Shown here: in pieces, positions 15,703-27,853 of the stretch
How the letters are laid out: each line of letters starts with the position of its first letter
How positions within the stretch are numbered: the stretch's first letter is position 1
From: Deltaproteobacteria bacterium
GTDB taxonomy: Bacteria > Desulfobacterota > DSM-4660 > Desulfatiglandales > HGW-15
Length of the DNA stretch: 64,000 nt
Assembly: GCA_019313825.1 (NCBI GenBank)
Contig: JAFDAM010000002.1
Location: 265-64,264 of the forward strand
Reading direction: 5' to 3'
Program-made: the position numbers and the translations under genes
The notes under the pieces: generated by a model
The model's input: the letters and a program-made list of their open reading frames with translations, nothing else
The model's database searches: none
What the model was told of the DNA's origin: nothing

Positions 15703-17115
15703 ATGATTGAAAAGACTAACTTGTTATCAAAGGTATGGTCATTGAGATTAACCATTAATAAATATATCTCCCGGGAGATCTTCTCCATTTTTTTAGTCAC
15801 CCTTTCGATCTTTATCTTCATTATAATGGCGACCAGGATGATGGGGATTACAGAATTGCTTGTCAATCAGCGTGTAAATCCCTGGCATGTACTGAAAATA
15901 ATACTTTGCCTGCTGCCGCGCGTCGTCATCTATTCCCTGCCGGTCTCATGCCTGATGTGCGTGTTGCTTACCTTTCTTCGCCTATCCAGTGATAATGAGG
16001 TCATAGCCTTCAATGCTTCAGGTATCAGTCTTTATCAGATGCTGCCACCTGTTATCTTTTTTTCTTTTATGAGTTATCTGATTGCGAGCCTTATTGCCAT
16101 ATACGGTGTCCCCTGGGGAAACAGATCATATAAGGACGTGATATTCAGGATCATAGAGTCAACGGCTGACGTAGCCGTAAAGGAAAGAATCTTTTGTGAA
16201 CCGTTTGATGATGTGGTTTTTTATGTCAATAGCTTTTCCGCCAGGGAAAGGACCATGAAAGACCTGTTTGTGGTGGATAAACGGAGTAAACCAAATTCAA
16301 ATACTATAGTCGCAAAGAGAGGCAAGATTCTGTCGAACCGAGGGGCGGGTATGGTAACCATCTATTTTATTGACGGCACAATCTTCTCGGTGGACAAAGA
16401 TTTTAAGAAGGCCAGGACTGTCAAATTTGACACCTATGATCTGAATATAGACTTGAAAGATATAATGTCCTCTATTGTCTCTAGAGAGAAAGAACCAAAA
16501 GAGATGTTTATCGGGGAATTGATCCGCAATCTGAAATCAACACCGGAAGAGGTTGCAGAAAATAGGCAGATGGGTATAAAGCTTTTTGAGATGTTTTCAA
16601 TTCCCATGGCGATCTTCTTTATGGGTATTATAGGCGCCCCTTTAGGCGCACATATAAGAGCCAGCGGACGAACCAAGGGTATTGTCATAAGCCTTTTTGT
16701 TTCCCTTGCATATTACGTCTGTTTGATGAGCGTGAGGTATATCTGCGAAATGGGGGTCGTGGCACCTTCCATAGGCATGTGGATCCCAGATCTGTTTTTA
16801 GTAATCACATGTATTTATCTCTTATACCGGGCGGCCAATGACCGCCCATTAATAATTTTTAGCAGGCTGCCTTTCAGGCATGTGTTCACACAACAATCAA
16901 TAGGCACAAAGGCTGATGATCAAAAGGTCGAGCAAGCTGATACAATTGAATATATCGGGAGCTTGAAGGCAGGAAAATTCCACCGGCATGACTGCAGGTG
17001 GGCGGAGAGGATATCGCCGGAATACAGGATCTCTTTCAGGTCGATTCAGGAGGCCTCGGATAAAGGGTACATTCCATGTAACATATGTAAACCATCATGG
17101 ATAAAGAACTATTAA
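15703..17115 (+). CDS. LptF/LptG-family (YjgP/YjgQ) permease with a C-terminal Ada-like zinc-binding tail
   Basis: 470 aa. Typical N-terminus INKYISREIFSIFLVTLSIF and multi-pass body. The last ~50 aa read GKFHRHDCRWAERISPEYRISFRSIQEASDKGYIPCNICKP (H/C-x4-C ... C-x2-C). Confidence 0.75.
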   Translation: MIEKTNLLSKVWSLRLTINKYISREIFSIFLVTLSIFIFIIMATRMMGITELLVNQRVNPWHVLKIILCLLPRVVIYSLPVSCLMCVLLTFLRLSSDNEVIAFNASGISLYQMLPPVIFFSFMSYLIASLIAIYGVPWGNRSYKDVIFRIIESTADVAVKERIFCEPFDDVVFYVNSFSARERTMKDLFVVDKRSKPNSNTIVAKRGKILSNRGAGMVTIYFIDGTIFSVDKDFKKARTVKFDTYDLNIDLKDIMSSIVSREKEPKEMFIGELIRNLKSTPEEVAENRQMGIKLFEMFSIPMAIFFMGIIGAPLGAHIRASGRTKGIVISLFVSLAYYVCLMSVRYICEMGVVAPSIGMWIPDLFLVITCIYLLYRAANDRPLIIFSRLPFRHVFTQQSIGTKADDQKVEQADTIEYIGSLKAGKFHRHDCRWAERISPEYRISFRSIQEASDKGYIPCNICKPSWIKNY

Positions 17116-18908
17116 TTGTGGGAAAACGACTTCCCCAACCCGATGCGTTTGCCAAGGCAACCGGTGAGGCCAGGTATACCGTTGACCTGAAACTGCCGGG
17201 AATGCTGACCGCAAAGATACTCAGGAGTCCCTATGCGCATGCAAAGATCCTTAAGATAGATAGATCCAGGGCAGAGGGGCTTGCCGGCGTTGAAGCAGTG
17301 ATCACATTTGAAGATGTGCCAAAGAAAAAGATCAATATGGGCAAGTCCCCGATGATTGACCGGCGGGGAGAATCGAGCGAATCGAGAGACCAGTATGTCT
17401 TGAGTGACAAGGCACGTTATATCGGTGATGCCGTGGCCGCCGTAGCTGCTATGGATGAGGACACAGCCCGGGAGGCTCTGGATTTGATTGATGTGGAGTA
17501 TGAGGAATTGCCCGCCGTGTTCGATCCGATAGAGGCCATGGAGCAGGGCGCCCCCAGGATACATGACTTTGCAGAAAGCAATGTGGGTTGGAATGATCTG
17601 TTTCCGCCAACCAGGGGCGATGTGGAGAAGGGCTTCCGGGAAGCCGACTATGTAATAGAGGAGACGTTCCGCACATCCAAACAGAAACATTGCCCTTTGG
17701 AGACGACCGCATGTATCGCCAGCTTTGACGCAAGCCGTAGGCTGACAATCTGGTCTTCGGATCAGGAGGTATATCTCGCCAGAAAAAAGATCGCCGATCT
17801 GTTTGACATGCCCGAGGGGATGATCAGGTGGATAACACCGCATGTGGGAGGAGCCTTTGGGATTGGATTGAGCCTGAGGGCTGAACCGGTGTGTATCATA
17901 TTGGCAAAGAAGACACGTAGGCCTGTAAAGCTGGAGTACAACCTGGAGGAGCAGTTCATTGCCACTGAGAACCGTAACGCATTTATTAAACTTAACGGGG
18001 ATGGCTCTGCCAATCTAGTAATGAGCGTGTCTGAACTGGGACAGGGCGCTACAGGTGTTATGGCACAGATCGTTGCCGAAGAGCTGGGACTCCGTTCAGG
18101 GGATGTTCACGTAATCAAGGGAGATACGGATGTTACCATGTTTGATGTTGGTCAGCATGGCAGCAGGACAACATATGTGATGGGGAACGCGGTTAAGAGG
18201 GCCGCGGCCGATGCCAGGCAGAAACTCATGGAGAAAGCGGGTCAGATGCTCGAAATATCGCCCGATGATCTGGATATCAGCGAGGGAAAGATCTCTGTCA
18301 AAGGATCCCCTGAAAGATGGATCTCTGTCGCAGATGTAGCCGGAGATACGGTCTATAACCTGAATGGGGAAGCCGCACAGATAATAGGGTCATGTTCATG
18401 GGAAGCAGAGGGCAATCCCCCGTCATTCCAGGCGGTCTTTGCCGATGTAGAGGTGAATACTGTGAGCGGGGATGTCAAGGTATTAAAACTGGTGGCCGCC
18501 CATGACATTGGCAAGGCAATAAACCCGATGAGCGTGGAGGGACAGCTCGAGGGTGCGATACTTCAAGCGATCGGCTTCAGCTTGATAGAGGATTACCTTG
18601 TAGATAAACATACCGGTAATGTCATGAGTATCGGTTTTACAGACTATAAGGTCCCTACCGTCATGGATCTACCGGAGATAGATCTGATAATTGTGGAAGA
18701 TCCATCCGCTTCAGGCCCGTTCGGCGCGAAAAGCGTTGGAGAGAATGGCATTGATGCCGTTGCTGCTGCGATTGGGAATGCCGTCTATGATGCCGCTGGT
18801 ATAAGAATAAAAGACCTGCCGATAACTCCGGAAAAAGTTCTTGATGCCCTTAATGTCTCTGTCAAGCTGCCAAAGGCAGATAAATTTGTCTCTGAAGGAT
18901 CTCGATAA
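17097..18908 (+). CDS. Xanthine dehydrogenase/aldehyde oxidoreductase-family molybdopterin-binding subunit (short form)
   Basis: 603 aa. N-terminus GKRLPQPDAFAKATGEARYTVD...LRSPYAHAKI; C-terminal part ELGQGATGVMAQIVAEELGL...AHDIGKAINPMSVEGQLEG. Overlaps the lptF-like gene by 19 nt. Confidence 0.8.
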   Translation: MDKELLIVGKRLPQPDAFAKATGEARYTVDLKLPGMLTAKILRSPYAHAKILKIDRSRAEGLAGVEAVITFEDVPKKKINMGKSPMIDRRGESSESRDQYVLSDKARYIGDAVAAVAAMDEDTAREALDLIDVEYEELPAVFDPIEAMEQGAPRIHDFAESNVGWNDLFPPTRGDVEKGFREADYVIEETFRTSKQKHCPLETTACIASFDASRRLTIWSSDQEVYLARKKIADLFDMPEGMIRWITPHVGGAFGIGLSLRAEPVCIILAKKTRRPVKLEYNLEEQFIATENRNAFIKLNGDGSANLVMSVSELGQGATGVMAQIVAEELGLRSGDVHVIKGDTDVTMFDVGQHGSRTTYVMGNAVKRAAADARQKLMEKAGQMLEISPDDLDISEGKISVKGSPERWISVADVAGDTVYNLNGEAAQIIGSCSWEAEGNPPSFQAVFADVEVNTVSGDVKVLKLVAAHDIGKAINPMSVEGQLEGAILQAIGFSLIEDYLVDKHTGNVMSIGFTDYKVPTVMDLPEIDLIIVEDPSASGPFGAKSVGENGIDAVAAAIGNAVYDAAGIRIKDLPITPEKVLDALNVSVKLPKADKFVSEGSR

Positions 18909-18927
18909 AGCGGGGCTGGGAGGCGGT

Positions 18928-19212
18928 TCATTCCTCTTTGTCAATAGCTATGGATAACTTTTCTGTTTCTTCTTTTGTGAAGATATTTCCGCAACTGACA
19001 CAAGTTTTAGTTGATATATTCACATGACTGCATTTAGGACAGATGATTATTGTATCCTGCTGTTCTTCTTTTTTAGGTTCGGGCTTTATCTTGATAAGGA
19101 TGCTGCCTTTACACTTGGGGCAAGTCATATGGACGCCCTTTTCCGGAATCTCAGCGATCTTTGAAATATCTATCTTATAATTGGCCTTGCAATCTGGACA
19201 TTGAACCTTCAT
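18928..19212 (-). CDS. Zinc-ribbon protein (MJ0042-type finger)
   Basis: 94 aa with three CxxC pairs (CPDCKANY...CPKCKG...CPKCSH...CVSCG). Confidence 0.65.
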   Translation of the reverse strand: MKVQCPDCKANYKIDISKIAEIPEKGVHMTCPKCKGSILIKIKPEPKKEEQQDTIIICPKCSHVNISTKTCVSCGNIFTKEETEKLSIAIDKEE

Positions 19213-19338
19213 TGTAGCCCTCCATTATCTGAGATTAATACATGTATACATTATTTTTTTTATTTTTCAAATAATAAAAGCTGTAAGAGAAAGTTCAGCC
19301 TTAAAAAGGTTAAATTGCCAAAAATAGCCATCTATGTT

Positions 19339-21294
19339 CTATCTGACATTATTGAGGGATGAAGAATATACTTTAGATTTATTTATCTCCATGCCCCCTA
19401 CTTTTTTTGCCTCGCCATGAGAACCTGCGCCCATCTTTTTAAAGTGAACCTGAATGGCCATCAGGGCAGCCGGCGTTACCCCGGAGATCCTTGAGGCCTG
19501 GCCGAGTGATATGGGTTTCACCCTGCTCAGCTTCTCCAGCACCTCCTTGGTGAGCCCATAGACCGTTTCATAATCTAATGATTCCGGCAGTTTCATGTCT
19601 TCCATCTTTTTCAGTTTTTCCACCTGCTGCTCCTGGCGGCGAATATAACCCTCGTATTTAATCCTGGCCTCCACCTCTTCGGCAACCACCTGTTCAATGT
19701 CATCGAGATCAGGATCAAAGAGGGAGAGATGTTCGAAAAATATCTCAGTTCTTCTCAATAGCCTGGCAAGCGATGTCAGATTTTTTATAGGCGTGGACCC
19801 AAGATCCTTCAGCTTATCCAGTATCCCGGACTCAGGCCTTATCTTGAACTCGTTTAAACGACATAAGAGATTGTCCGTCATATCCCTTTTCTTACAAAAT
19901 TGGCTGTAGACATCATCAGGGACCAGGCCCAGCCTGTGTCCCAGATCCCTGAATCTGAAGTCGGCATTGTCTTCCCTCAGTAGGAGGCGATATTCGGCCC
20001 GAGAGGTAAACATTCTGTAAGGCTCCTTGGTCCCCTTGGTGACCAGGTCATCGATCAGCACACCAGTATAGGCCATTGACCTCCCAAGTATTAATGGATC
20101 ATCGCCGCGAATCTTTAAGACCGCGTTTATGCCTGCCATCAGACCCTGAGCAGCAGCCTCCTCGTAGCCGGAGGTCCCGTTGATCTGACCGGCATGATAG
20201 AGGCCTTCAATTAATTTCGTTTCCTGAGTGGGCTTCAACTGGATGGGGTTGATGTAATCGTATTCTATGGCATAACCCGGTTTGAGGATCTCGGCGTTTT
20301 CCAGCCCTGGAATGGATCGCACCATCTTGAGCTGTATATCCGTCGGCAGGCTGGTGGCTAGCCCGTTCGGGTAAACCTCGTCCGTATCAAGGCCCTCGGG
20401 CTCCAGGAATATCTGATGCCTCTCCCTCTCTTCAAAGCGGACTACCTTGTCCTCGATAGACGGGCAGTACCTGGCCCCCACGCCTTTTATAATGCCGCTG
20501 AAAAGGGGGGAGCGATCCAGACCCTGCCTGATGAACTCGTGACTATTTTTATTGGTATAGGTGATGTGACACGGCACCTGGGGCAGGGGTATCTCGGTGG
20601 TTGTAAAGGAGAACGGCCTCGGATTTTCATCACCAGGCTGGATCGTGAGGTTTCCATAATCAATAGTATTGCCGTTCAGGCGGGGTGTTGTTCCTGTCTT
20701 CAGCCTCCCTATCTCAAATCCTAATCTTTTAAGCTGCTCTGAGAGGACCGTGGAAGACGGGTCGCCCATACGTCCGGCAGGGAATTGGTCAAGGCCGATG
20801 TGTATAAGGCCGTTTAAGAAAGTCCCGGTGGTCAGGATAACGGTCCCGGACAAGAACCGTTCATGAGTCTGGGTCTCTACACCATAGACCTTTCTGTCTT
20901 TCAACAGGAGCCCGTCGACCATGGCCTGTCTGATATCCAGGTTAGGCTGTGACTCAATGACCGATTTCATCCGTCTCCTGTAGAGATCCCGATCATTCTG
21001 TGACCTTGATCCCTGGACAGCCACGCCCTTACGAGTGTTCAGCCGCCTGAACTGGATGCCGGTCTGGTCGGCGTTTTTGGCCATCTCACCGCCGAGGGCA
21101 TCGATCTCTTTTACCAGGTGGCCCTTGGCCAGCCCGCCGATGGCCGGGTTACAGCTCATGGCGGCGATATTGTCGAGATTAATAGTGATGAGCAGCGTGG
21201 GGTGCCCCATTCGGGCTGCCGCAAGCGCGGCTTCGCATCCAGCGTGACCCGCGCCAACTACTGTTACATCATATTTTTTTTCGAAGGTGGGCAT
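19339..21294 (-). CDS. mnmG: tRNA uridine 5-carboxymethylaminomethyl modification enzyme MnmG (GidA)
   Basis: 651 aa. [23 protein letters not shown], full-length collinear resemblance, with a short C-terminal extension. Confidence 0.95.
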   Translation of the reverse strand: MPTFEKKYDVTVVGAGHAGCEAALAAARMGHPTLLITINLDNIAAMSCNPAIGGLAKGHLVKEIDALGGEMAKNADQTGIQFRRLNTRKGVAVQGSRSQNDRDLYRRRMKSVIESQPNLDIRQAMVDGLLLKDRKVYGVETQTHERFLSGTVILTTGTFLNGLIHIGLDQFPAGRMGDPSSTVLSEQLKRLGFEIGRLKTGTTPRLNGNTIDYGNLTIQPGDENPRPFSFTTTEIPLPQVPCHITYTNKNSHEFIRQGLDRSPLFSGIIKGVGARYCPSIEDKVVRFEERERHQIFLEPEGLDTDEVYPNGLATSLPTDIQLKMVRSIPGLENAEILKPGYAIEYDYINPIQLKPTQETKLIEGLYHAGQINGTSGYEEAAAQGLMAGINAVLKIRGDDPLILGRSMAYTGVLIDDLVTKGTKEPYRMFTSRAEYRLLLREDNADFRFRDLGHRLGLVPDDVYSQFCKKRDMTDNLLCRLNEFKIRPESGILDKLKDLGSTPIKNLTSLARLLRRTEIFFEHLSLFDPDLDDIEQVVAEEVEARIKYEGYIRRQEQQVEKLKKMEDMKLPESLDYETVYGLTKEVLEKLSRVKPISLGQASRISGVTPAALMAIQVHFKKMGAGSHGEAKKVGGMEINKSKVYSSSLNNVR

Positions 21295-21410
21295 GTCCTT
21301 CTATAATACTATGGTTTGATGTTCAGATCCAGAGACTAAAAGTTCGAGACAAAGCTTGTGATTGCCTCGAACTTATTTGAAACAAATGCAACTACTTAAG
21401 GATATCTTTA

Positions 21411-22724
<1,314 letters not shown>

Positions 22725-22780
22725 CTATACTAAATAGCAGGAAATCATGTGTCAAGGCTAATAAAGCACCCTGAATACCC

Positions 22781-23392
22781 TTACCTCTTTCGCCTGCACC
22801 ATTTCCTGATAATAAGAAAAATGACAAACAAAATGAATAGGATAAGTACTGAAAGGTTGTATCTAACCAGAATTGTAGAGATCTTTGCCTCAACCATCTC
22901 CCAGTTGTTTCCCAAAATATAACCCATGAATATCCAGATAAGATTCCACGTCGCGCAACTCGCAAGGGCCAGAATAGTAACTCTGAACGATCTCAATCCT
23001 GATATTCCGCCCGCAACGGATATGGCGGAGCGGAGACCGGGTAGAAACCTGTTTAAGGTGATCATAAAGTAACCGTACCTTTTAAACCATTCCTCCGCCC
23101 TAATGATATCCGCGGCTTTAAAGAATCTATATTCTCTTTTGATAAAAAAGCGTCGTCCCAGATAGGTTCCAATCCAGAACAGAGACATGAATCCCAAAAG
23201 GCTCCCAATGGTAGTAGAGAGATAGACACCGAAAAAATCAAGCCCGCCGATGCCTACCAGGAATGCACCAAATGCAGTGATAGTATCACCGGGAATCGGT
23301 GGAAAGATGTTTTCCACAAACGCGCTTATCCCCAAAAGCAGATAGATAAGGTAATTGGGAAGAGAATGAAGATAGTATAGAAAGATATCCAT
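22781..23392 (-). CDS. DedA-family membrane protein
   Basis: 203 aa. FVENIFPPIPGDTITAFGAFL, multi-pass. Confidence 0.85.
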   Translation of the reverse strand: MDIFLYYLHSLPNYLIYLLLGISAFVENIFPPIPGDTITAFGAFLVGIGGLDFFGVYLSTTIGSLLGFMSLFWIGTYLGRRFFIKREYRFFKAADIIRAEEWFKRYGYFMITLNRFLPGLRSAISVAGGISGLRSFRVTILALASCATWNLIWIFMGYILGNNWEMVEAKISTILVRYNLSVLILFILFVIFLIIRKWCRRKR

Positions 23393-23544
23393 GTGTGTTA
23401 TTATAGGTCCAATCTTGCCTAAAGATACGTATCTTGATTATTATGTATTCAGGTCTAAAAAGACAAGAGATCTTTTTATCTTGACCGGACATAATGCTTT
23501 TGTTAGACAAATTAAGCATTTAATTAATTCAGGACTGATAGTCA

Positions 23545-24231
23545 ATGGCAAAGAAAAAGATATCCCGTAAAAAGCTCTTAAAAACATCAGATGAATTCCT
23601 GACCTTTTCCGCAAGGGCAATCATCTTTGCAAGGGAGCATTCACGTCTGTTTGGATACCTCGGTATGGTGGTGGTTGGCCTATTGCTTATATTCCTCGGG
23701 ATCAATACATATCTAAAGCATGTTAATAAAAAGGGCCAGGAGGCCTATAATGTAGCCTATTACACCATGGTCAAAAACATGGGCCCTGATACGAAGCCGG
23801 ATGAGTTAAAAAAATCAGAAGAATTGTTTCAACAGGTCACGGACAAGTATGGCATCTCAAAGGCAGCAAGACTGGCTCTCCCTGAATTGGCTTATATCAA
23901 TTTTATCCAAAAAAATTATGATAAAGCTATCTTCCAGTACCAACAATTTTTAGATAAGGTAGCTGATAATGATCCATATCAATCACTCGCGAGAATGGCG
24001 CTGGCTGTCTGTTATGAGGAAAAGGGTGAATTAGATAAGGCGATCCGGATACTTAAAGAGCTAACCTCCGGTCCTGACGACTTCTTCAATGAGCAGGCCA
24101 TGCTCAGCCTGGCGAGGGTCTACAGGCTCGCGCACAGGCAGGGAGAGTCTGAGGAGATCCTTAAGGAATTCGTAGATAGATTCAAAACATCTCCTTTCCT
24201 GCCTGTTGCCAAGGCATATCTTAATCCCTAG
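23545..24231 (+). CDS. Membrane-anchored TPR protein (YfgM/UPF0070-like)
   Basis: 228 aa. One TM helix followed by TPR-like helices. Confidence 0.55.
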   Translation: MAKKKISRKKLLKTSDEFLTFSARAIIFAREHSRLFGYLGMVVVGLLLIFLGINTYLKHVNKKGQEAYNVAYYTMVKNMGPDTKPDELKKSEELFQQVTDKYGISKAARLALPELAYINFIQKNYDKAIFQYQQFLDKVADNDPYQSLARMALAVCYEEKGELDKAIRILKELTSGPDDFFNEQAMLSLARVYRLAHRQGESEEILKEFVDRFKTSPFLPVAKAYLNP

Positions 24232-24406
24232 ATGAGCGGATTGTCATAGAGGATAAAGGGCAACCGCCTTATCCTTGACGCAGTCGGTCTTTGCCTTTTA
24301 TTTAATCTTGACAGCTATTTGTTGATTCGATACCGTTTTACAGGTTTTAAAACCACTCTTGTCCGAAATTGATTTTTATCGCACATCAATGAGCCGGGGT
24401 TAAGAG

Positions 24407-25981
24407 ATGATTATCGGTGAGATATTGGCCGGAAACGCCAGGATGTATGGTGATGAGATTGCCCTGGTAGAAAGAGATCCTGACAGGGGAATAAGGAGGG
24501 AGATCACATGGCGCGAGTTTGATGACATGGCCAACCGAATTGCCAATGCCCTGATCGCAAAAGGTATTAATAAAGGCGACAAGGTCATTCACCTTACGGT
24601 GAATTGCCTCGAATGGCTTCCGGTCTATTTCGGAATCCTGAGGACCGGAGCCTGGGCCGTTCCTTTGAATTTCAGGTTTCTTGCAGAGGACATCCGTTAT
24701 TGCGCGGAGATCGCGGAAGGAAAGGCCATCGTTTTTGGCGAGGAATTTATAGATCGTATAGATGGGATCAGGGATGAGCTCGTGACCATAAGGGATTTTA
24801 TTTTTCTCGGACACCCGGATAAAAGGCCGGATTATACGGAGCAGTTTGAGGGTTTTATAAAGACAGGATCAACAGATAATCCTGATATTCCAATAGACCT
24901 TTCTGATGAGGCTGGTCTCTATTTTACTTCAGGCACCACCGGCGCTCCAAAACCGATCCTCCTGACCCACAGAAATCTGGAATTCGCGTGTGTCATTGAA
25001 AACCGCCATCATAATCAGACCCACGAAGACAATTTTCTCTGTATCCCTCCTTTATATCATACAGGGGCCAAGATGCACTGGTTCGGAAATCTTATCGTGG
25101 GGGCCAGGGCGGTTATCTTAAAGGGGGTAAGGCCCGAGTGGATACTTGAAGCGGTATCTGAAGAACAGGCCACGATTGTCTGGTTGCTGGTTCCATGGGC
25201 ACAGGATATACTGATAGCGATCGAAGACGGCAGGGTCAGATTAGAGGACTTCAAGCTTGATCAATGGCGCCTCATGCATATCGGCGCCCAGCCTGTTCCG
25301 CCCAGTCTGATCAAAAACTGGAAAAAGGTCTTTCCCGGACATGAATATGATACAAACTACGGGCTCAGTGAAAGCACGGGACCGGGATGCGTCCATCTCG
25401 GCCTGGAAAATCTTCATAAGGTGGGCGCTATAGGCATCCCCGGTTTTGACTGGGAATACAAGATCGTTGATGATAATATGGATACTGTCCCAAGGGGTGA
25501 GGCGGGCGAGTTGGCAATAAAAGGGCCCGGCATAATGAAGGAATACTATAAAAATCCCGAGGCCACAAAGGAGGCTATCATAGACGGATGGCTCCTGACC
25601 GGTGACATGGCGCGCTGTGACGAGGACGGTTTCATCTATCTGGTGGACAGGAAAAAGGACGTTGTTATCACCGGCGGGGAAAATATATTCCCTGTTGAGA
25701 TAGAGGATCTACTCATGGAGAACGGAAAGATCCAGGATGCAGCTGTGATAGGTATCCCTGATGAGAGACTGGGAGAGATAGCTGCCGCTGTTATACAGGT
25801 AAAACCCGGTAAGGAGATGACCGAGGAAGAGGTGTTCCAACATTGTGAATCCCTGCCAGGGTATAAAAGACCCAGACAGGTTTTCTTTGATGACATTCCC
25901 AGGAACCCCACCGGCAAGATCGAAAAACCAAAACTCAGGAAGAGATACAGTGGGGTGGCTGAAAGCTTTAAAATGACGTAA
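24407..25981 (+). CDS. AMP-forming acyl-CoA synthetase/ligase (ANL superfamily)
   Basis: 524 aa. YFTSGTTGAPKP, TGDMARCDEDGFIYLVDRKKD, PRNPTGKI. Confidence 0.88.
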   Translation: MIIGEILAGNARMYGDEIALVERDPDRGIRREITWREFDDMANRIANALIAKGINKGDKVIHLTVNCLEWLPVYFGILRTGAWAVPLNFRFLAEDIRYCAEIAEGKAIVFGEEFIDRIDGIRDELVTIRDFIFLGHPDKRPDYTEQFEGFIKTGSTDNPDIPIDLSDEAGLYFTSGTTGAPKPILLTHRNLEFACVIENRHHNQTHEDNFLCIPPLYHTGAKMHWFGNLIVGARAVILKGVRPEWILEAVSEEQATIVWLLVPWAQDILIAIEDGRVRLEDFKLDQWRLMHIGAQPVPPSLIKNWKKVFPGHEYDTNYGLSESTGPGCVHLGLENLHKVGAIGIPGFDWEYKIVDDNMDTVPRGEAGELAIKGPGIMKEYYKNPEATKEAIIDGWLLTGDMARCDEDGFIYLVDRKKDVVITGGENIFPVEIEDLLMENGKIQDAAVIGIPDERLGEIAAAVIQVKPGKEMTEEEVFQHCESLPGYKRPRQVFFDDIPRNPTGKIEKPKLRKRYSGVAESFKMT

Positions 25982-25998
25982 CACTTTAAGGAGTAAAT

Positions 25999-27849
25999 AT
26001 GCATAAATTACTTGTTGATTCTCCTGGAAAGGAGATGCTTCTCCTTGGCAATGAGGCGATTGCCCGAGGCGCACTGGAGGCGGGATTGGCATTTGCTACA
26101 TGCTATCCAGGGACCCCTTCTTCCGAGATCCCGGAGCAGTTTTTCAAGATCAGCCGGGAGACGGATCTCTTTTTTGAATACTCCACCAATGAGAAGGTAG
26201 CCCTTGAGGTAGGCGCGGGGGCGGCGGTCTCTGGCCTGAGGACCATGGTGACCATGAAGCATGTGGGCGTAAATGTCGCGGCTGATCCCTTGATGACCCT
26301 GGCATATGTAGGAATCAAGGGTGGCATGGTTATTGTAACCGCGGATGACCCGTCACTATTCTCGAGTCAGAACGAGCAGGACAACAGATATTACGCGAGG
26401 CTGTCGGGTCTGCCCATGCTGGAGCCGACCAGCACACAGGAAATGAAGGAGATGACGGTTGCCGCCTTTGATCTCTCAGAAGAGCTGGATCTGCCGGTAA
26501 TGATCAGGACAACCACACGGTTGAACCATATAAGGGGGGCCGTAAGGCTTGGAGAACTGAAGCCGATCAAGACAAAGGATACGTTCAAGAAAAACCCTTC
26601 CCGTTTCGTAACAGTGCCGGCGGTCTCACGAAACCTGCACAAGCTCCTTTTGGAGAGATATGATCAGGCACAGGAAATGGCAGAGAAGAGCATCTTCAAC
26701 AGGATCATAGGCAATGGAAGATGGGGGATTGCGGCCAGTGGTGTGAGCATGAACTATGTCAGTGACGCAATAACGGATCTTGGTCTGTCAGACAAGGTGA
26801 GTATCCTCAAATTAGGATTTTCCTGGCCCATTCCCAAGGGACTCTGCACGCGCTTTCTGAGTCAGATGGACAAGGTTCTGGTGGTGGAAGAGCTGGAACC
26901 TGTAATGGAGAATGATCTCAAGGTCATAGCCCAGGAAAACGCGATCACAATACCGATCAACGGTAAAGGCGCCGGGCGGCTCTCGCGTCTCTTTGAATAT
27001 GATCCCGGTATGGTCCGCGAGGCTGTGGCCGAATACTTCGGCGTTGATTATCAGGCGCCCGAGATGGTTGACCTGTCGGATCTGCCGGAACTGCCCGAGA
27101 GACCGCCCAATCTCTGCGCCGGTTGTCCGCACCGGGCCACCTATTATGCCGTAAAGCAGGTCTTTGGCCCGGATGCCATTTATCCGACCGACATCGGATG
27201 TTATACACTCGGACTCCTGCCTCCCATCTCCATGGCAGACTTTGTCATCTGCATGGGATCATCCGTAAGCTCCTCCTGCGGCTTTTCCCGGGCCACTGAC
27301 CAGGAAGTGGTCTCCTTTATAGGTGATTCAACCTTTTTCCATTCAGGCATAACCGGGCTGATAGACGGTGTGCACAACAACCACAGATTCACCCTGGTGA
27401 TCCTGGACAACGGTACCACTGCCATGACCGGGCACCAGCCACATCCGGGCGTGGATACAGGGCCCATGGGAGTTGAGCGGACCCTGATCTCAATCGAAGA
27501 TGTAGTAAGGGGATGCGGCGTGAAGGATGTCCACGTGGTAAGGCCCTTTAAGGTAAAAAAGACCATAGGGGCGGTCAGGGCTGCAAAGGAATATAACGGC
27601 ATCTCAGTGATCATATCAGAGGAGGTGTGCCCTCTTTTTGCAAAGGCCATTGGCCGGAAAAAGAGGACCAGGCCGTTCCATGTGAACTCCGACAAATGCA
27701 AAGATCACCGCGATTGTATCAATCAGCTTGCCTGTCCCGCCATGTTCCTGGAAGGGGACAGGGTTTCAATCGATAAAAACCTATGTAATGGCTGTTCAAT
27801 ATGCGCGCAGATCTGCCCTGAGAATGCCATTTTACCGTTGAAAGAGTGA
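25999..27849 (+). CDS. iorA: Indolepyruvate:ferredoxin oxidoreductase alpha subunit
   Basis: 616 aa. GNEAIARGALEAG...YPGTPSSEI, TPP region GDSTFFHSG, C-terminal 2x[4Fe-4S] CxxCxxC motifs. Confidence 0.88.
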   Translation: MHKLLVDSPGKEMLLLGNEAIARGALEAGLAFATCYPGTPSSEIPEQFFKISRETDLFFEYSTNEKVALEVGAGAAVSGLRTMVTMKHVGVNVAADPLMTLAYVGIKGGMVIVTADDPSLFSSQNEQDNRYYARLSGLPMLEPTSTQEMKEMTVAAFDLSEELDLPVMIRTTTRLNHIRGAVRLGELKPIKTKDTFKKNPSRFVTVPAVSRNLHKLLLERYDQAQEMAEKSIFNRIIGNGRWGIAASGVSMNYVSDAITDLGLSDKVSILKLGFSWPIPKGLCTRFLSQMDKVLVVEELEPVMENDLKVIAQENAITIPINGKGAGRLSRLFEYDPGMVREAVAEYFGVDYQAPEMVDLSDLPELPERPPNLCAGCPHRATYYAVKQVFGPDAIYPTDIGCYTLGLLPPISMADFVICMGSSVSSSCGFSRATDQEVVSFIGDSTFFHSGITGLIDGVHNNHRFTLVILDNGTTAMTGHQPHPGVDTGPMGVERTLISIEDVVRGCGVKDVHVVRPFKVKKTIGAVRAAKEYNGISVIISEEVCPLFAKAIGRKKRTRPFHVNSDKCKDHRDCINQLACPAMFLEGDRVSIDKNLCNGCSICAQICPENAILPLKE

Positions 27850-27853
27850 GAGG

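Noticed and set aside
21340-21374. Hairpin aagttcgag-N17-ctcgaactt between purA and mnmG as a terminator.
   Set aside because: The loop is long and only a weak T-run follows on the minus strand, so I do not list it as a feature. It may be a weak attenuator.
24386-24814. 142-aa minus-strand ORF at the start of the acyl-CoA ligase gene.
   Set aside because: It overlaps a well-supported plus-strand ANL ligase and shows no family resemblance.
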